Positions 19,561 through 27,559 of a DNA stretch of 64,000 nucleotides are shown in pieces. How positions within the stretch are numbered: position 1 is the first letter of the stretch; each line of letters opens with the position of its first letter. The notes beneath the pieces are model-generated. The model saw only the letters and a program-made list of their open reading frames with translations, was not told where the DNA came from and did not search any database. Source of the DNA: an uncultured delta proteobacterium. GTDB lineage: Bacteria > Desulfobacterota > Binatia > Binatales > Binataceae. The stretch spans positions 800,001 to 864,000 of the forward strand of contig CAVQEQ010000003.1 in assembly GCA_963711565.1 (NCBI GenBank), read 5' to 3'. The translations under genes were made by a program, and so were the position numbers.

Positions 19561-21128
19561 CGCGCAGTGCCAATAGCCTCCTTGACGATATCGTCCAGGC
19601 TTTCGCCGCCGCTCTGCTTCCTCACGCGTTGTCCGATGAAGACGATCATATCGCGAGGCGGTAGAGGCATCGCGCGCAACTCCGTTGCGCTCACCTGTGT
19701 ATTGCCACTTGATACTCTGAAGTAGGTGTCGAGCAACTCGCTATTGAGAAGCGCGGCCAGCCCCAAAGCTTCGTTCTCGTTCATTTCGTCACGCATCGAA
19801 TATATGTAGTTCAAGTGATTCTCGATCCCGAGCAGTGACCCGGGAACAGAGCCTTTCAGCCAAGGCGCAGCAACTAATCGCCGCGCTTCTTCTTTCGCGC
19901 TGAAGCGTCGGATCAAAACGTAGTTGCGGTTGGGTAGTAGCAGAGATTTTTCGGTCGCGACTGTGCTGATGTATTGAGGTTTGCGCGTCTCAATTGGGAA
20001 GGTTACCTGCATCGCCAGGACGTGGTTCATCCAGATGAGAGGGGCATAGTCGTTCGATGGAACACCAATCTTGTCGATATACTCAGTTGCTCGAAAAGGA
20101 ACGACCGGTCCCGTCGAGATATTCATCTCGTACTGGTGGAGAGAGCCGGTCCACGAATCGACGAGGCGAAGCGCCGCGTCCTCACCCGGCAGAATCGGAA
20201 GGCGGAAGATTTTAGAGCTGCTAGCCATGTCCAGCGCGTCTCTAAGCGGAAGCGATCGGCGATTAAGATGAGCGAGGTCCGCGATACCGGCACTGCCAGT
20301 TATCTCCAGCTCGAAACCTTCGCGACTATGTTGCCATCCGTCGTCCCTGACACCTCTCAGAATAATGCTCTCCTGGAGAACCTCGTCTCGTCCGAAGGCT
20401 TCGCGGCGCGAGCCAAAGACGTGAACCCCCACAGGGCGGATGTTAGCGAAGAACTTTTCTCGAAAGAGCCGGAAGTATGGACCTGATGCGAAACTGCGAG
20501 GTGTTATGAACAGGAACTCTCCCCCCTTTCGTAAGAGGGCCGCGGTCGCCGCCATGAAGAGTGCATAAATGTTCGGCTGTCCATGAACGACGACCATCGC
20601 AGCCTGAGCCCGGGGATCGTCTTTAGAAATCTTGAAGTACGGCGGATTCGCGATAACTAGATCGAAGCACTCCCTCGATTGCGTATCAAACAAGTGACCG
20701 TTGGATCTGAAGCTTCCAGCGTGGGCCAACACGAAGTCCTGCTTTTCGATCCTGACACTCACTTCAACTTGATGCTCTTCGGCCCAGCGCTTGAGACGGT
20801 CCAGGACAGAAGCGAGAGCTTCTTGTAGATCCGGATCTGTCTCGTATGCGGTTAGTTCCACTTTACGCACCCGTGGTTCGGCTATTGCCAAACCCTCAAC
20901 AATCGCGCAGAGAAGAGTGCCGGATCCTGCGGCGGGATCCAGAATTCGGATCTCCGACGCGCTGGTATTTGCTTGCCCGGCAATGAAGTCGGCCACTTCG
21001 ACAGGTGTGAGGTACAGCCCGCCAGCTTTACGCTCGGCGGGAGTTTTGCGCGCTACGATCCCTGCGCCAAGACGGTCCGCAAACCGGCTGGGAAGACTCT
21101 CCCAACTGTGACGCTTATACGAAGCCAC
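19557..21128 (-). CDS. N6-adenine DNA methyltransferase (BsuBI/PstI, Eco57I-like)
   Basis: LDPAAGSG (motif I), ANPPY (motif IV), STGPVVPFR, RRFSAKEE, ENHLN, GNTQVSATEL. Confidence 0.93.
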   Translation of the reverse strand: MASYKRHSWESLPSRFADRLGAGIVARKTPAERKAGGLYLTPVEVADFIAGQANTSASEIRILDPAAGSGTLLCAIVEGLAIAEPRVRKVELTAYETDPDLQEALASVLDRLKRWAEEHQVEVSVRIEKQDFVLAHAGSFRSNGHLFDTQSRECFDLVIANPPYFKISKDDPRAQAAMVVVHGQPNIYALFMAATAALLRKGGEFLFITPRSFASGPYFRLFREKFFANIRPVGVHVFGSRREAFGRDEVLQESIILRGVRDDGWQHSREGFELEITGSAGIADLAHLNRRSLPLRDALDMASSSKIFRLPILPGEDAALRLVDSWTGSLHQYEMNISTGPVVPFRATEYIDKIGVPSNDYAPLIWMNHVLAMQVTFPIETRKPQYISTVATEKSLLLPNRNYVLIRRFSAKEEARRLVAAPWLKGSVPGSLLGIENHLNYIYSMRDEMNENEALGLAALLNSELLDTYFRVSSGNTQVSATELRAMPLPPRDMIVFIGQRVRKQSGGESLDDIVKEAIGTAR

Positions 21129-21217
21129 CGATGCCAGTATGAGTTGCTCCTAATCTTGGTTTCAATCGGGTCGGCCCAGCTTTTTTTGCGGGCGGCGGCG
21201 TGCCAGCATCGTAGGGT

Positions 21218-21898
21218 ATGAACGCGTTGCGGATTCTGTTGATCGAGGACGAGGCCCGGTTGGCTAACTCGATTAAGCAGGGACTCGTCGAGGAAGACTT
21301 TGCGGTCGAAATCGCCGGGAGTGCGGAGGCGGCCGAGCCGCTAATCGCGCGCGGCGCGATCGATCTGATCGTGCTCAACGTCGGCTTGCCGGGGAAAGGC
21401 GGGCTCGAGCTGCTGAAAGAGATGCGCGCGGCGGGCAACCAGACTCCCGTCTTGATCCTGACGGCTCGCGGCGCGCTTGAAGAACGCGTGGCCGGACTCG
21501 ACACGGGCGGCGACGACTACCTGACCAAGCCGTTCGCGTTTGCGGAGCTGGTCGCCAGAATCAAGGCGCTGGCGCGGCGGCCCCGGGCGGCGGCCTCGAC
21601 GATGCTCAAGGTCGGCGACCTGGAGTTCGACACCGTCAAGCGGCGCGCGAAAATCGGCGAGCACAATCTCAATCTGTCGCCGAAGGAAAAAATGCTGCTC
21701 GAATTGCTGATGCGCAACGCCGGGCAGGTGGTGACGCGCGACATGATCGCGGAGACCGTCTGGGATTCGAACTACAGCTCGCTGACCAACCTGATCGAAG
21801 TATTCGTCAATCGGCTGCGCCAGAAGATCGATCCGCGCGCCGATCGTTCGCTGATAGTCACCGTGCGCGGAGTTGGATACACGATGCGCGCGGAATGA
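21218..21898 (+). CDS. OmpR-family response regulator with Asn at the phosphoacceptor position
   Basis: LLIED, LIVLNVGLP, LTA, DDYLTKPF, winged-helix TVRGVGY. Confidence 0.93.
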   Translation: MNALRILLIEDEARLANSIKQGLVEEDFAVEIAGSAEAAEPLIARGAIDLIVLNVGLPGKGGLELLKEMRAAGNQTPVLILTARGALEERVAGLDTGGDDYLTKPFAFAELVARIKALARRPRAAASTMLKVGDLEFDTVKRRAKIGEHNLNLSPKEKMLLELLMRNAGQVVTRDMIAETVWDSNYSSLTNLIEVFVNRLRQKIDPRADRSLIVTVRGVGYTMRAE

Positions 21899-21928
21899 CG
21901 CCGCACGCGCCGCGCGCGCTCGCTGCCA

Positions 21929-23305
21929 ATGACGATCAGACTCAGGCTAACCATTTACTGGGCCGCGGTGCTGGCGGCTATCCTGCTGGTGGCGGCTATT
22001 GCGGTCGTGAAAATCTTCGTGCGTCAGCAATTCAGCGCGCTCGACGCGGCGTTGTTGGAAGAAGCGCAGACTGTAGCCGATCAGATCCAGGGCAAGGGCA
22101 GTTCGAGCGCGCTTGGAATCCTGCAGCGGTTGAGCCTCGAGACGGATATCGGGCCGGGCAGGCGCGTGCGAATCGTCACCCAGCACGGCGAGGTCGGAAA
22201 CTACGGCAACGTCCACACGACTCCGCCGCCATTCGATCGAAGCCTGCCGACGCATCCGGCGATTGTCGGCAACCGCGCGTTCAGGTTCGCGGTGGTGCCG
22301 ATGATGTACAACGGCGAGATCGCGTACCTGCAAAGCGGGGTACAGACGGGGCTCATCTACGAATCGGTCAACAGCCTGCGCAACCTGCTGCTGCTGATGG
22401 TGCCGATCATCCTGATCTTTTGCGTCGGTGGCGGGTATTTGCTGGCGGGCCGGGCGCTGCGCCCGATCGAATCTGTGACGGCGGAGCTTGATGCGATCGG
22501 TCCGACGAACCTGAGCTCGCGGCTGACAGTCCCGCCGGTGGCGGATGAAGTCGAACGTCTCACGGAAGTTATCAACGCGTTGCTCGAACGGCTCGAACGC
22601 GCGTCGGCGACGGAGCGCAGATTCGCATCGGACGCCGCGCACGAACTGCGGACTCCGCTGGCGGTGCTGCGCACGGGTCTGGAAGTAGCTCTCGCGCGCG
22701 AGCGTACCCCCGAGCAAAATCGCGCGGCGCTGGGCGCGGCGCATCGCGAGGCGCTGTCGCTGTGCCGGATAGCCGACGAGTTGCTGATGCTGTCGCGGCT
22801 CAACGGCGAGGTGATGGTCGATCGGCATCGGCTGAATCTTCGCGCGCTGCTTACCGAGATCGCGGCGACGGTCGGACCGCTGGCGCAGGCGCGCGAGATC
22901 AAGCTTTCGGTCGATGCGCCGCAGGACGCCTTCGTCAATGGCAACGAGGGACATCTACGCCGCCTGATCGTCAACCTGCTCGACAACGCTCTCAAGTTCA
23001 CGCCGGCGGGTGGTTCGATCGACGTTGGGCTGAAGAGCGACGCGAACCGGGCGATACTTCGCGTCGCCGACACCGGCGAAGGAATCCATCCGGCGGAGCT
23101 GCCGCACATTTTCGATCGATTTTTTCGCGGTGCGGGGTCGCCCGGCGAAGGCAGCGGGCTGGGCCTGAGCCTGTGCCGCGAAATCGCACGGGCGCACGGC
23201 GGCGAAATCGCGGCCGCGAATCTGCCGTCGGGCGGAACCGCGTTCGTCGTGACGCTGGCGCTTTACAAAGAGGATCCGAACAAAGCCACCGCGCCGCTCC
23301 GATAG
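21929..23305 (+). CDS. HAMP-domain sensor histidine kinase
   Basis: Two TM helices, HAMP, DAAHELRTPL, NLLDNALKF, DTGEG, GSGLGL. Confidence 0.95.
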   Translation: MTIRLRLTIYWAAVLAAILLVAAIAVVKIFVRQQFSALDAALLEEAQTVADQIQGKGSSSALGILQRLSLETDIGPGRRVRIVTQHGEVGNYGNVHTTPPPFDRSLPTHPAIVGNRAFRFAVVPMMYNGEIAYLQSGVQTGLIYESVNSLRNLLLLMVPIILIFCVGGGYLLAGRALRPIESVTAELDAIGPTNLSSRLTVPPVADEVERLTEVINALLERLERASATERRFASDAAHELRTPLAVLRTGLEVALARERTPEQNRAALGAAHREALSLCRIADELLMLSRLNGEVMVDRHRLNLRALLTEIAATVGPLAQAREIKLSVDAPQDAFVNGNEGHLRRLIVNLLDNALKFTPAGGSIDVGLKSDANRAILRVADTGEGIHPAELPHIFDRFFRGAGSPGEGSGLGLSLCREIARAHGGEIAAANLPSGGTAFVVTLALYKEDPNKATAPLR

Positions 23306-23335
23306 AGTAGCGCGCTCGTCGCAGCCCTAGGTACC

Positions 23336-24004
23336 TCATACGAGGCCCGGCCACAAACGGGACGGGACGCGGTCCATGTAGCTGCGATACTCGGGATCCG
23401 CGCTTAGGTGCGCCTCTTCCTGGTCGATTCGCCAGACCATAAACGGGAGCGTTGCTACGATCAGGATAATGTTGCGGTCGTTCGGATAAGACATCGCATA
23501 GCCGATCGAGAGTATGAGCCACCCGAAATATACCGGATGACGAACCCATCGAAACGGCCCCTTCGACACGATGCCGCGGTTCGCGGGCAATATGCCGAAG
23601 CTCCGGCCCATATAGACGCGTGCGACCTGGGTCAGCACTACGCCGAACAATTCGAAGATAAGTCCGGTCGTCGCAAGCGCGCCGGTAGACTGATTGATCG
23701 GACGCATGAAGCACGGGAGGATCAACATGCCGCCCGACGCTGCGATCGTGCGCAGACTTACGGTTGCGCTGCGCGGAGCAAATCGCGCGAACGACATTAC
23801 GGCCATGATCGCGGCGCCAGCGATCCACACAACATTCGCGGCGCCCGCGAGCGTGAAGCTGAGTTCGCGTCCAGCCGGCAGCATCGCCAATAAGAAAGAT
23901 ACCGCGAGCACGCAGTCGCCAAGGGCGCGCCTCAATCCTGCGATTGTTAAATAGGATTGTGGAACTGCGGCGGGCGCGGGAATGCGAGCGGCAATTGCTT
24001 CCAT
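23336..24004 (-). CDS. Isoprenylcysteine carboxyl methyltransferase/PEMT-family membrane protein
   Basis: GRSFGILPA, GPFRWVRHPVY, RIDQEE, YRSY. Confidence 0.88.
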   Translation of the reverse strand: MEAIAARIPAPAAVPQSYLTIAGLRRALGDCVLAVSFLLAMLPAGRELSFTLAGAANVVWIAGAAIMAVMSFARFAPRSATVSLRTIAASGGMLILPCFMRPINQSTGALATTGLIFELFGVVLTQVARVYMGRSFGILPANRGIVSKGPFRWVRHPVYFGWLILSIGYAMSYPNDRNIILIVATLPFMVWRIDQEEAHLSADPEYRSYMDRVPSRLWPGLV

Positions 24005-24196
24005 AAATACATAGTGTGCTAGTCACATTATACTAAGCAAACAGTCGCGAAATATATGTGAAAACCTCACTTACTATTCAGTTCTATAGTAACTTCCAGC
24101 TATCTCAGTACCGCGACTGTCGTCCTCGATTGGCTACTCATTCCGCCGGGTCGCGAACACGCCTGGGAAGCGCGAATCGGCGCCACTCGGTCACCA

Positions 24197-24224
24197 TTGC
24201 CGCCCGCGCTACCTTTGCTAAGAT
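24197..24224 (+). promoter_or_regulatory. Candidate sigma70 promoter for tRNA-Leu
   Basis: TTGCCG-N16-TAAGAT with extended -10 TG. Confidence 0.35.
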
Positions 24225-24255
24225 GGCGAGGTTAAAGTCTGCTGCTTCTCCGAGT

Positions 24256-24341
24256 GCCGAGGTGGCGGAATGGCAGACGCAGAGGACTCAAAATCCTCCG
24301 TGGGCAACCACGTGCGGGTTCAAGTCCCGCCCTCGGCACCA
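24256..24341 (+). tRNA. tRNA-Leu(CAA)
   Basis: GCCGAGG/CCTCGGC acceptor stem, GGAATGGCAGAC D-loop, anticodon loop CT-CAA-AA, long variable arm, GTTCAAGTC T-loop, encoded CCA. Confidence 0.96.
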
Positions 24342-24440
24342 ACTTCCGTCAGGCGACTTCTAGGCGACTACTAACCGTTGATTCCTGGCAGCCCTTGCCG
24401 GATGCGGATCTTGTATGAGCTTGACGGTCAGCCCGCACGC

Positions 24441-25166
24441 TTAGCCGACGACAGCAAAAGGAAAATACGGTTCTCCGCTCCTACCGCTATCGATCTGCGG
24501 ATTTTGAGCATAGGCCGTACGTTGCCTTACTACGCTGCGCGCTTTCTCATGAGCAGCCATAATAGACATGACTTGGAGAGCGTTGGGACCCTGAGCTTTC
24601 GCCCAATCAGAACCAGCCGTCATAAGGTGATTCGAATAGTAACCCCCGGTCGAGCTACTTCCGGCAGCTTCTTCGCCAGGACTGCATGCATACGCCTTGA
24701 TAGCAAGTTTAGTGCACCGCTCGATTTCCACGTCGTACATTACCCTACATAGTACGCCATTACGGTTCACGGCCGCTTTGGCTAGAGATTTTAGTAGCAC
24801 ATCTTCTGAGATTTCTGGTGTTCTTTCGACTCTGCAACAGTCAAGAATGATCGTCTGTTTTTTCCCGGTACGCAGGCTGTCCGAATCCAACGTCCCATCT
24901 TCCAGACCTATAAAGGTATCGCGATTAACTTGATCGCCGTGGCCGGCAAACACCACAAGAGAGTAATCTGCACCTTTAAGACGTTGGACGGCGTTCAGAA
25001 CGTCTGCCGTGTCCGGCCGTATCAGTCGTTCGATCTCTTCCGAGTACCAAAACCCTCCATGCTCATGCATCAAGAATGCACAATATTCACGGACGTCGAT
25101 CCGAACGCCGGTTCTGTCTGGCTCATCTTTGCCCGGATGCCCAATTATAAGAGCGCGTCGTTCCAT
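24441..25166 (-). CDS. Caspase-like (peptidase C14) protein
   Basis: RRALIIG, VVFAGHG (His) and IILDCCR (Cys) dyad, ACSPGE, GGYYS. Confidence 0.85.
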   Translation of the reverse strand: MERRALIIGHPGKDEPDRTGVRIDVREYCAFLMHEHGGFWYSEEIERLIRPDTADVLNAVQRLKGADYSLVVFAGHGDQVNRDTFIGLEDGTLDSDSLRTGKKQTIILDCCRVERTPEISEDVLLKSLAKAAVNRNGVLCRVMYDVEIERCTKLAIKAYACSPGEEAAGSSSTGGYYSNHLMTAGSDWAKAQGPNALQVMSIMAAHEKARSVVRQRTAYAQNPQIDSGRSGEPYFPFAVVG

Positions 25167-25184
25167 TCTGTTTTTAATCCTCGG

Positions 25185-25838
25185 CTAGCCTTCAGGGTGT
25201 AACGTCATCTCGTCTCGCAGAAATTCCTCAAGGCGTTCGCCACTAGGTTCGATCGCCGCCCGCGTCTTCCCTTCTTCCCTAGCTTCGCGTTCATAAAACT
25301 CATTGGCGACCCACTCGAATTCAGTGAACGATTGCGGCACATTTCCCTCGCGCTGACGATCGCGTTCGCGGAAAACATACTCCTTGCAGGCCGTCCACCA
25401 GCGAGACGCATGAAAGCCAAACGTGTTCCAAGCTAGCTCCTTGTGAATCAAACCGAGCCGATATAGAATCGCGAATGATTCAAAGAAGTCCATCACCGAC
25501 TCGGTGATCTCGTCGTGATTAGCCTTATCTAAAATCTTGCGTGCTAGGACAGCTCGATGCTTTTCCATCCGCTCGCCATCCCACTTCTCTTCAACCATCA
25601 TGTGCAGTCTGACTGCGAGGTCCGCTCTGAGATCATCTGACTGCTGCCGCATTGCGGTTCGCACATCGCCTGAATGACGTTCTAGTGCCGTCTGCGCGTC
25701 TTGCGCCTGCTGGCTTATGGCAGACTTCGTCGCATTAACTAAAGAACGAGTTAACCGATACAAGCCGAAGGTAGCCCCAGCAAGGACCCAAGTCCCGATT
25801 GCAACCCAGTCGAGTTTACATGCAGATTCGAAATTCAC
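25185..25838 (-). CDS. Membrane-anchored DUF4760-like protein
   Basis: N-terminal TM, coiled coil, MDFFESFAILYRLGLI...FTEFEWV pattern. Confidence 0.65.
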   Translation of the reverse strand: MNFESACKLDWVAIGTWVLAGATFGLYRLTRSLVNATKSAISQQAQDAQTALERHSGDVRTAMRQQSDDLRADLAVRLHMMVEEKWDGERMEKHRAVLARKILDKANHDEITESVMDFFESFAILYRLGLIHKELAWNTFGFHASRWWTACKEYVFRERDRQREGNVPQSFTEFEWVANEFYEREAREEGKTRAAIEPSGERLEEFLRDEMTLHPEG

Positions 25839-25851
25839 CCCTGCTTCCTAT

Positions 25852-26109
25852 CTACGAAACGTCTGTGACTGTCAGGAACACACTGCAGTGATTTTCCCAA
25901 TAGGTGAGGTAGCGCGAGAGCACCATGTATTTATTGGTCTGCCCCACGGCGCCGCCGACATTCTTGCAGTCAACAATATCGCCTACGTTCGGAAGAGGAA
26001 GCGACTGGCCAGCCGCGATTTCCACGGGTTCGTGTATGTCGGGAGATCCCTTCGCTCTGTACTTGACAAAGACGTGGGTATTATCAGTCATAGATTCACC
26101 GCTGCCCAT
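25852..26109 (-). CDS. Small hypothetical protein
   Basis: 85-aa ORF abutting the GrlR-like gene, co-oriented; beta-rich PLPNVGDIV. Confidence 0.6.
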   Translation of the reverse strand: MGSGESMTDNTHVFVKYRAKGSPDIHEPVEIAAGQSLPLPNVGDIVDCKNVGGAVGQTNKYMVLSRYLTYWENHCSVFLTVTDVS

Positions 26110-26436
26110 CTAATCAGCGAGCCGTGTAAGCACCGCTCGAAAAGTAACTCCAGGCACCTCGGTTGCAGTCCCCATCAACTGCGCGGAATCGCCCTGCGAT
26201 GAGCCGGTAAGGGTGATGTTGACTCGGTCTATGCCAAATACCGAAGTCATAAAAGAAGTATTCGTATGGAGATCCACTTTCACACGGGCAGTGACTTGTC
26301 CGCTGCTCTCGTTGAAAGTGCCGACGTAGTAGGTGCGCGAGTCACCACCCCTCACCTTGCCGTCTTGGATTGCCAAGACTCCGACTCCCGACCCTCGTGG
26401 CGTCGAGAAAGCAACTTTATATAGCCCATCTCTCAT
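26110..26436 (-). CDS. GrlR-family (lipocalin-like) protein
   Basis: MRDGLYKVAFSTPRGSGVGV...GGDS..YYVG pattern; GGAGG upstream. Confidence 0.8.
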   Translation of the reverse strand: MRDGLYKVAFSTPRGSGVGVLAIQDGKVRGGDSRTYYVGTFNESSGQVTARVKVDLHTNTSFMTSVFGIDRVNITLTGSSQGDSAQLMGTATEVPGVTFRAVLTRLAD

Positions 26437-26569
26437 CGGCCCTAACCTCCTGCTTTTTCAAATTCTAGCGGATGAGTTCACGGCAATCGAGACAGCGGAC
26501 CAACACGTTGTCAACGGTTGTCAAGCGATTGCCGACCCCGGCGCAGCGCAGGTTTAGCAGGAGTGCATT

Positions 26570-27559
26570 TCACATTAGCCCTTGCCGGATGCGGGCGGAA
26601 AAATCGGGAGAGTCGCCGGCGGCTTTTGCTTTTTCTGTGATGTTGCTCCGCGACCGCAGCTCCGCGAAGGGGATGCTTGTGTCGATCTGGCCGCGCTCAT
26701 AAAGCAGTTCGTCGAGATGTCCGTTTGCCAGCAGCCGCCAGTCGAGACTGCCGCCGGCGCCGATGTTTTGCGCGTGGCCTCGAATCGCCGTCGTACAGTT
26801 CTGCGTCAATGCGTTGTACCACTCCGGATGATCGGCGAGCTGATTCACTTCGTTCAGGTAATCAACCAGCAGCGCGCGCGCCTGCGCGGGAGTAGCGCTG
26901 ATGCGATACAAATAGACCTGCTCACCGCGGTAGTTGGCTCGCAGCCCGACCAGGTCGCGTTCATCGGCGACCACATAGTACAGCTCGTACTGGCGGAAGA
27001 AACCGCGGATCGCGGAATATGATTCGCCCTTCTCCTTGCGCGTCTCAATCGAGATCGCAAGATGCTGACCGTTGTCGAAATCCCAACTGACGATCGTGTG
27101 CGCGATCTCAGTCGGCCCCCAAAACGAGATAAACAGGTCAACGCCTTTGATCCGATCGAGGTCGCAGCTCCGCGTCTCCCAGCGCTGGTCGTAGTCGGAT
27201 TCGGATCGATATTTGAAATTTCGAACGTTCTCGATCGTAACGCGGCTGCCGTCAAAAGTTACGCGCGCTGTGCGGGACACATCGGGCGTCCAGTCGCGCG
27301 CATTGCTCGGCGGAATCAACGTCCACCAAAGCGCGACGACAATCACCGGAAATAACGCGACCACGAGTCCTCGTAGCAGCGGGCGAACGATAGCCGCCAA
27401 AATGATGCTGACGATCGCCAATCCGGCCGCCATCGGCGCCGCCAGCATGCGCGAATGCGGCCCGTCGAACCAGATCGCCATGACGCCCCATGCGACTGCG
27501 GCAACGACGATCACCAACATCACGATCGTCGCGACGATGCGAACTGCGCGCCGGATCAT
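26570..27559 (-). CDS. DUF4105-domain membrane protein
   Basis: NVRNFKY, IAHTIVSW, SIETRKE, YNALTQNCTT; C-terminus altered by the islet. Confidence 0.9.
   Translation of the reverse strand: MIRRAVRIVATIVMLVIVVAAVAWGVMAIWFDGPHSRMLAAPMAAGLAIVSIILAAIVRPLLRGLVVALFPVIVVALWWTLIPPSNARDWTPDVSRTARVTFDGSRVTIENVRNFKYRSESDYDQRWETRSCDLDRIKGVDLFISFWGPTEIAHTIVSWDFDNGQHLAISIETRKEKGESYSAIRGFFRQYELYYVVADERDLVGLRANYRGEQVYLYRISATPAQARALLVDYLNEVNQLADHPEWYNALTQNCTTAIRGHAQNIGAGGSLDWRLLANGHLDELLYERGQIDTSIPFAELRSRSNITEKAKAAGDSPDFSARIRQGLM

Larger units (their letters stand above)
24390..26594. mobile_element. 2.19-kb genomic islet bounded by the 18-bp direct repeat AGCCCTTGCCGGATGCGG; no integrase
   Basis: Exact repeats at 24390-24407 and 26577-26594; lower GC inside; displaced DUF4105 C-terminus at 24371-24407. 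Confidence 0.8.

Noticed and set aside
24010-24110. CRP/FNR-like sites in the AT-rich region before the ICMT-family gene
   Set aside because: Half-site spacing is 3 or 5 bp rather than 6; probably just promoter DNA
24256-24341. tRNA-Leu as the integration site of the adjacent islet
   Set aside because: No duplicated tRNA 3' end was seen; the direct repeat lies in the DUF4105 gene instead
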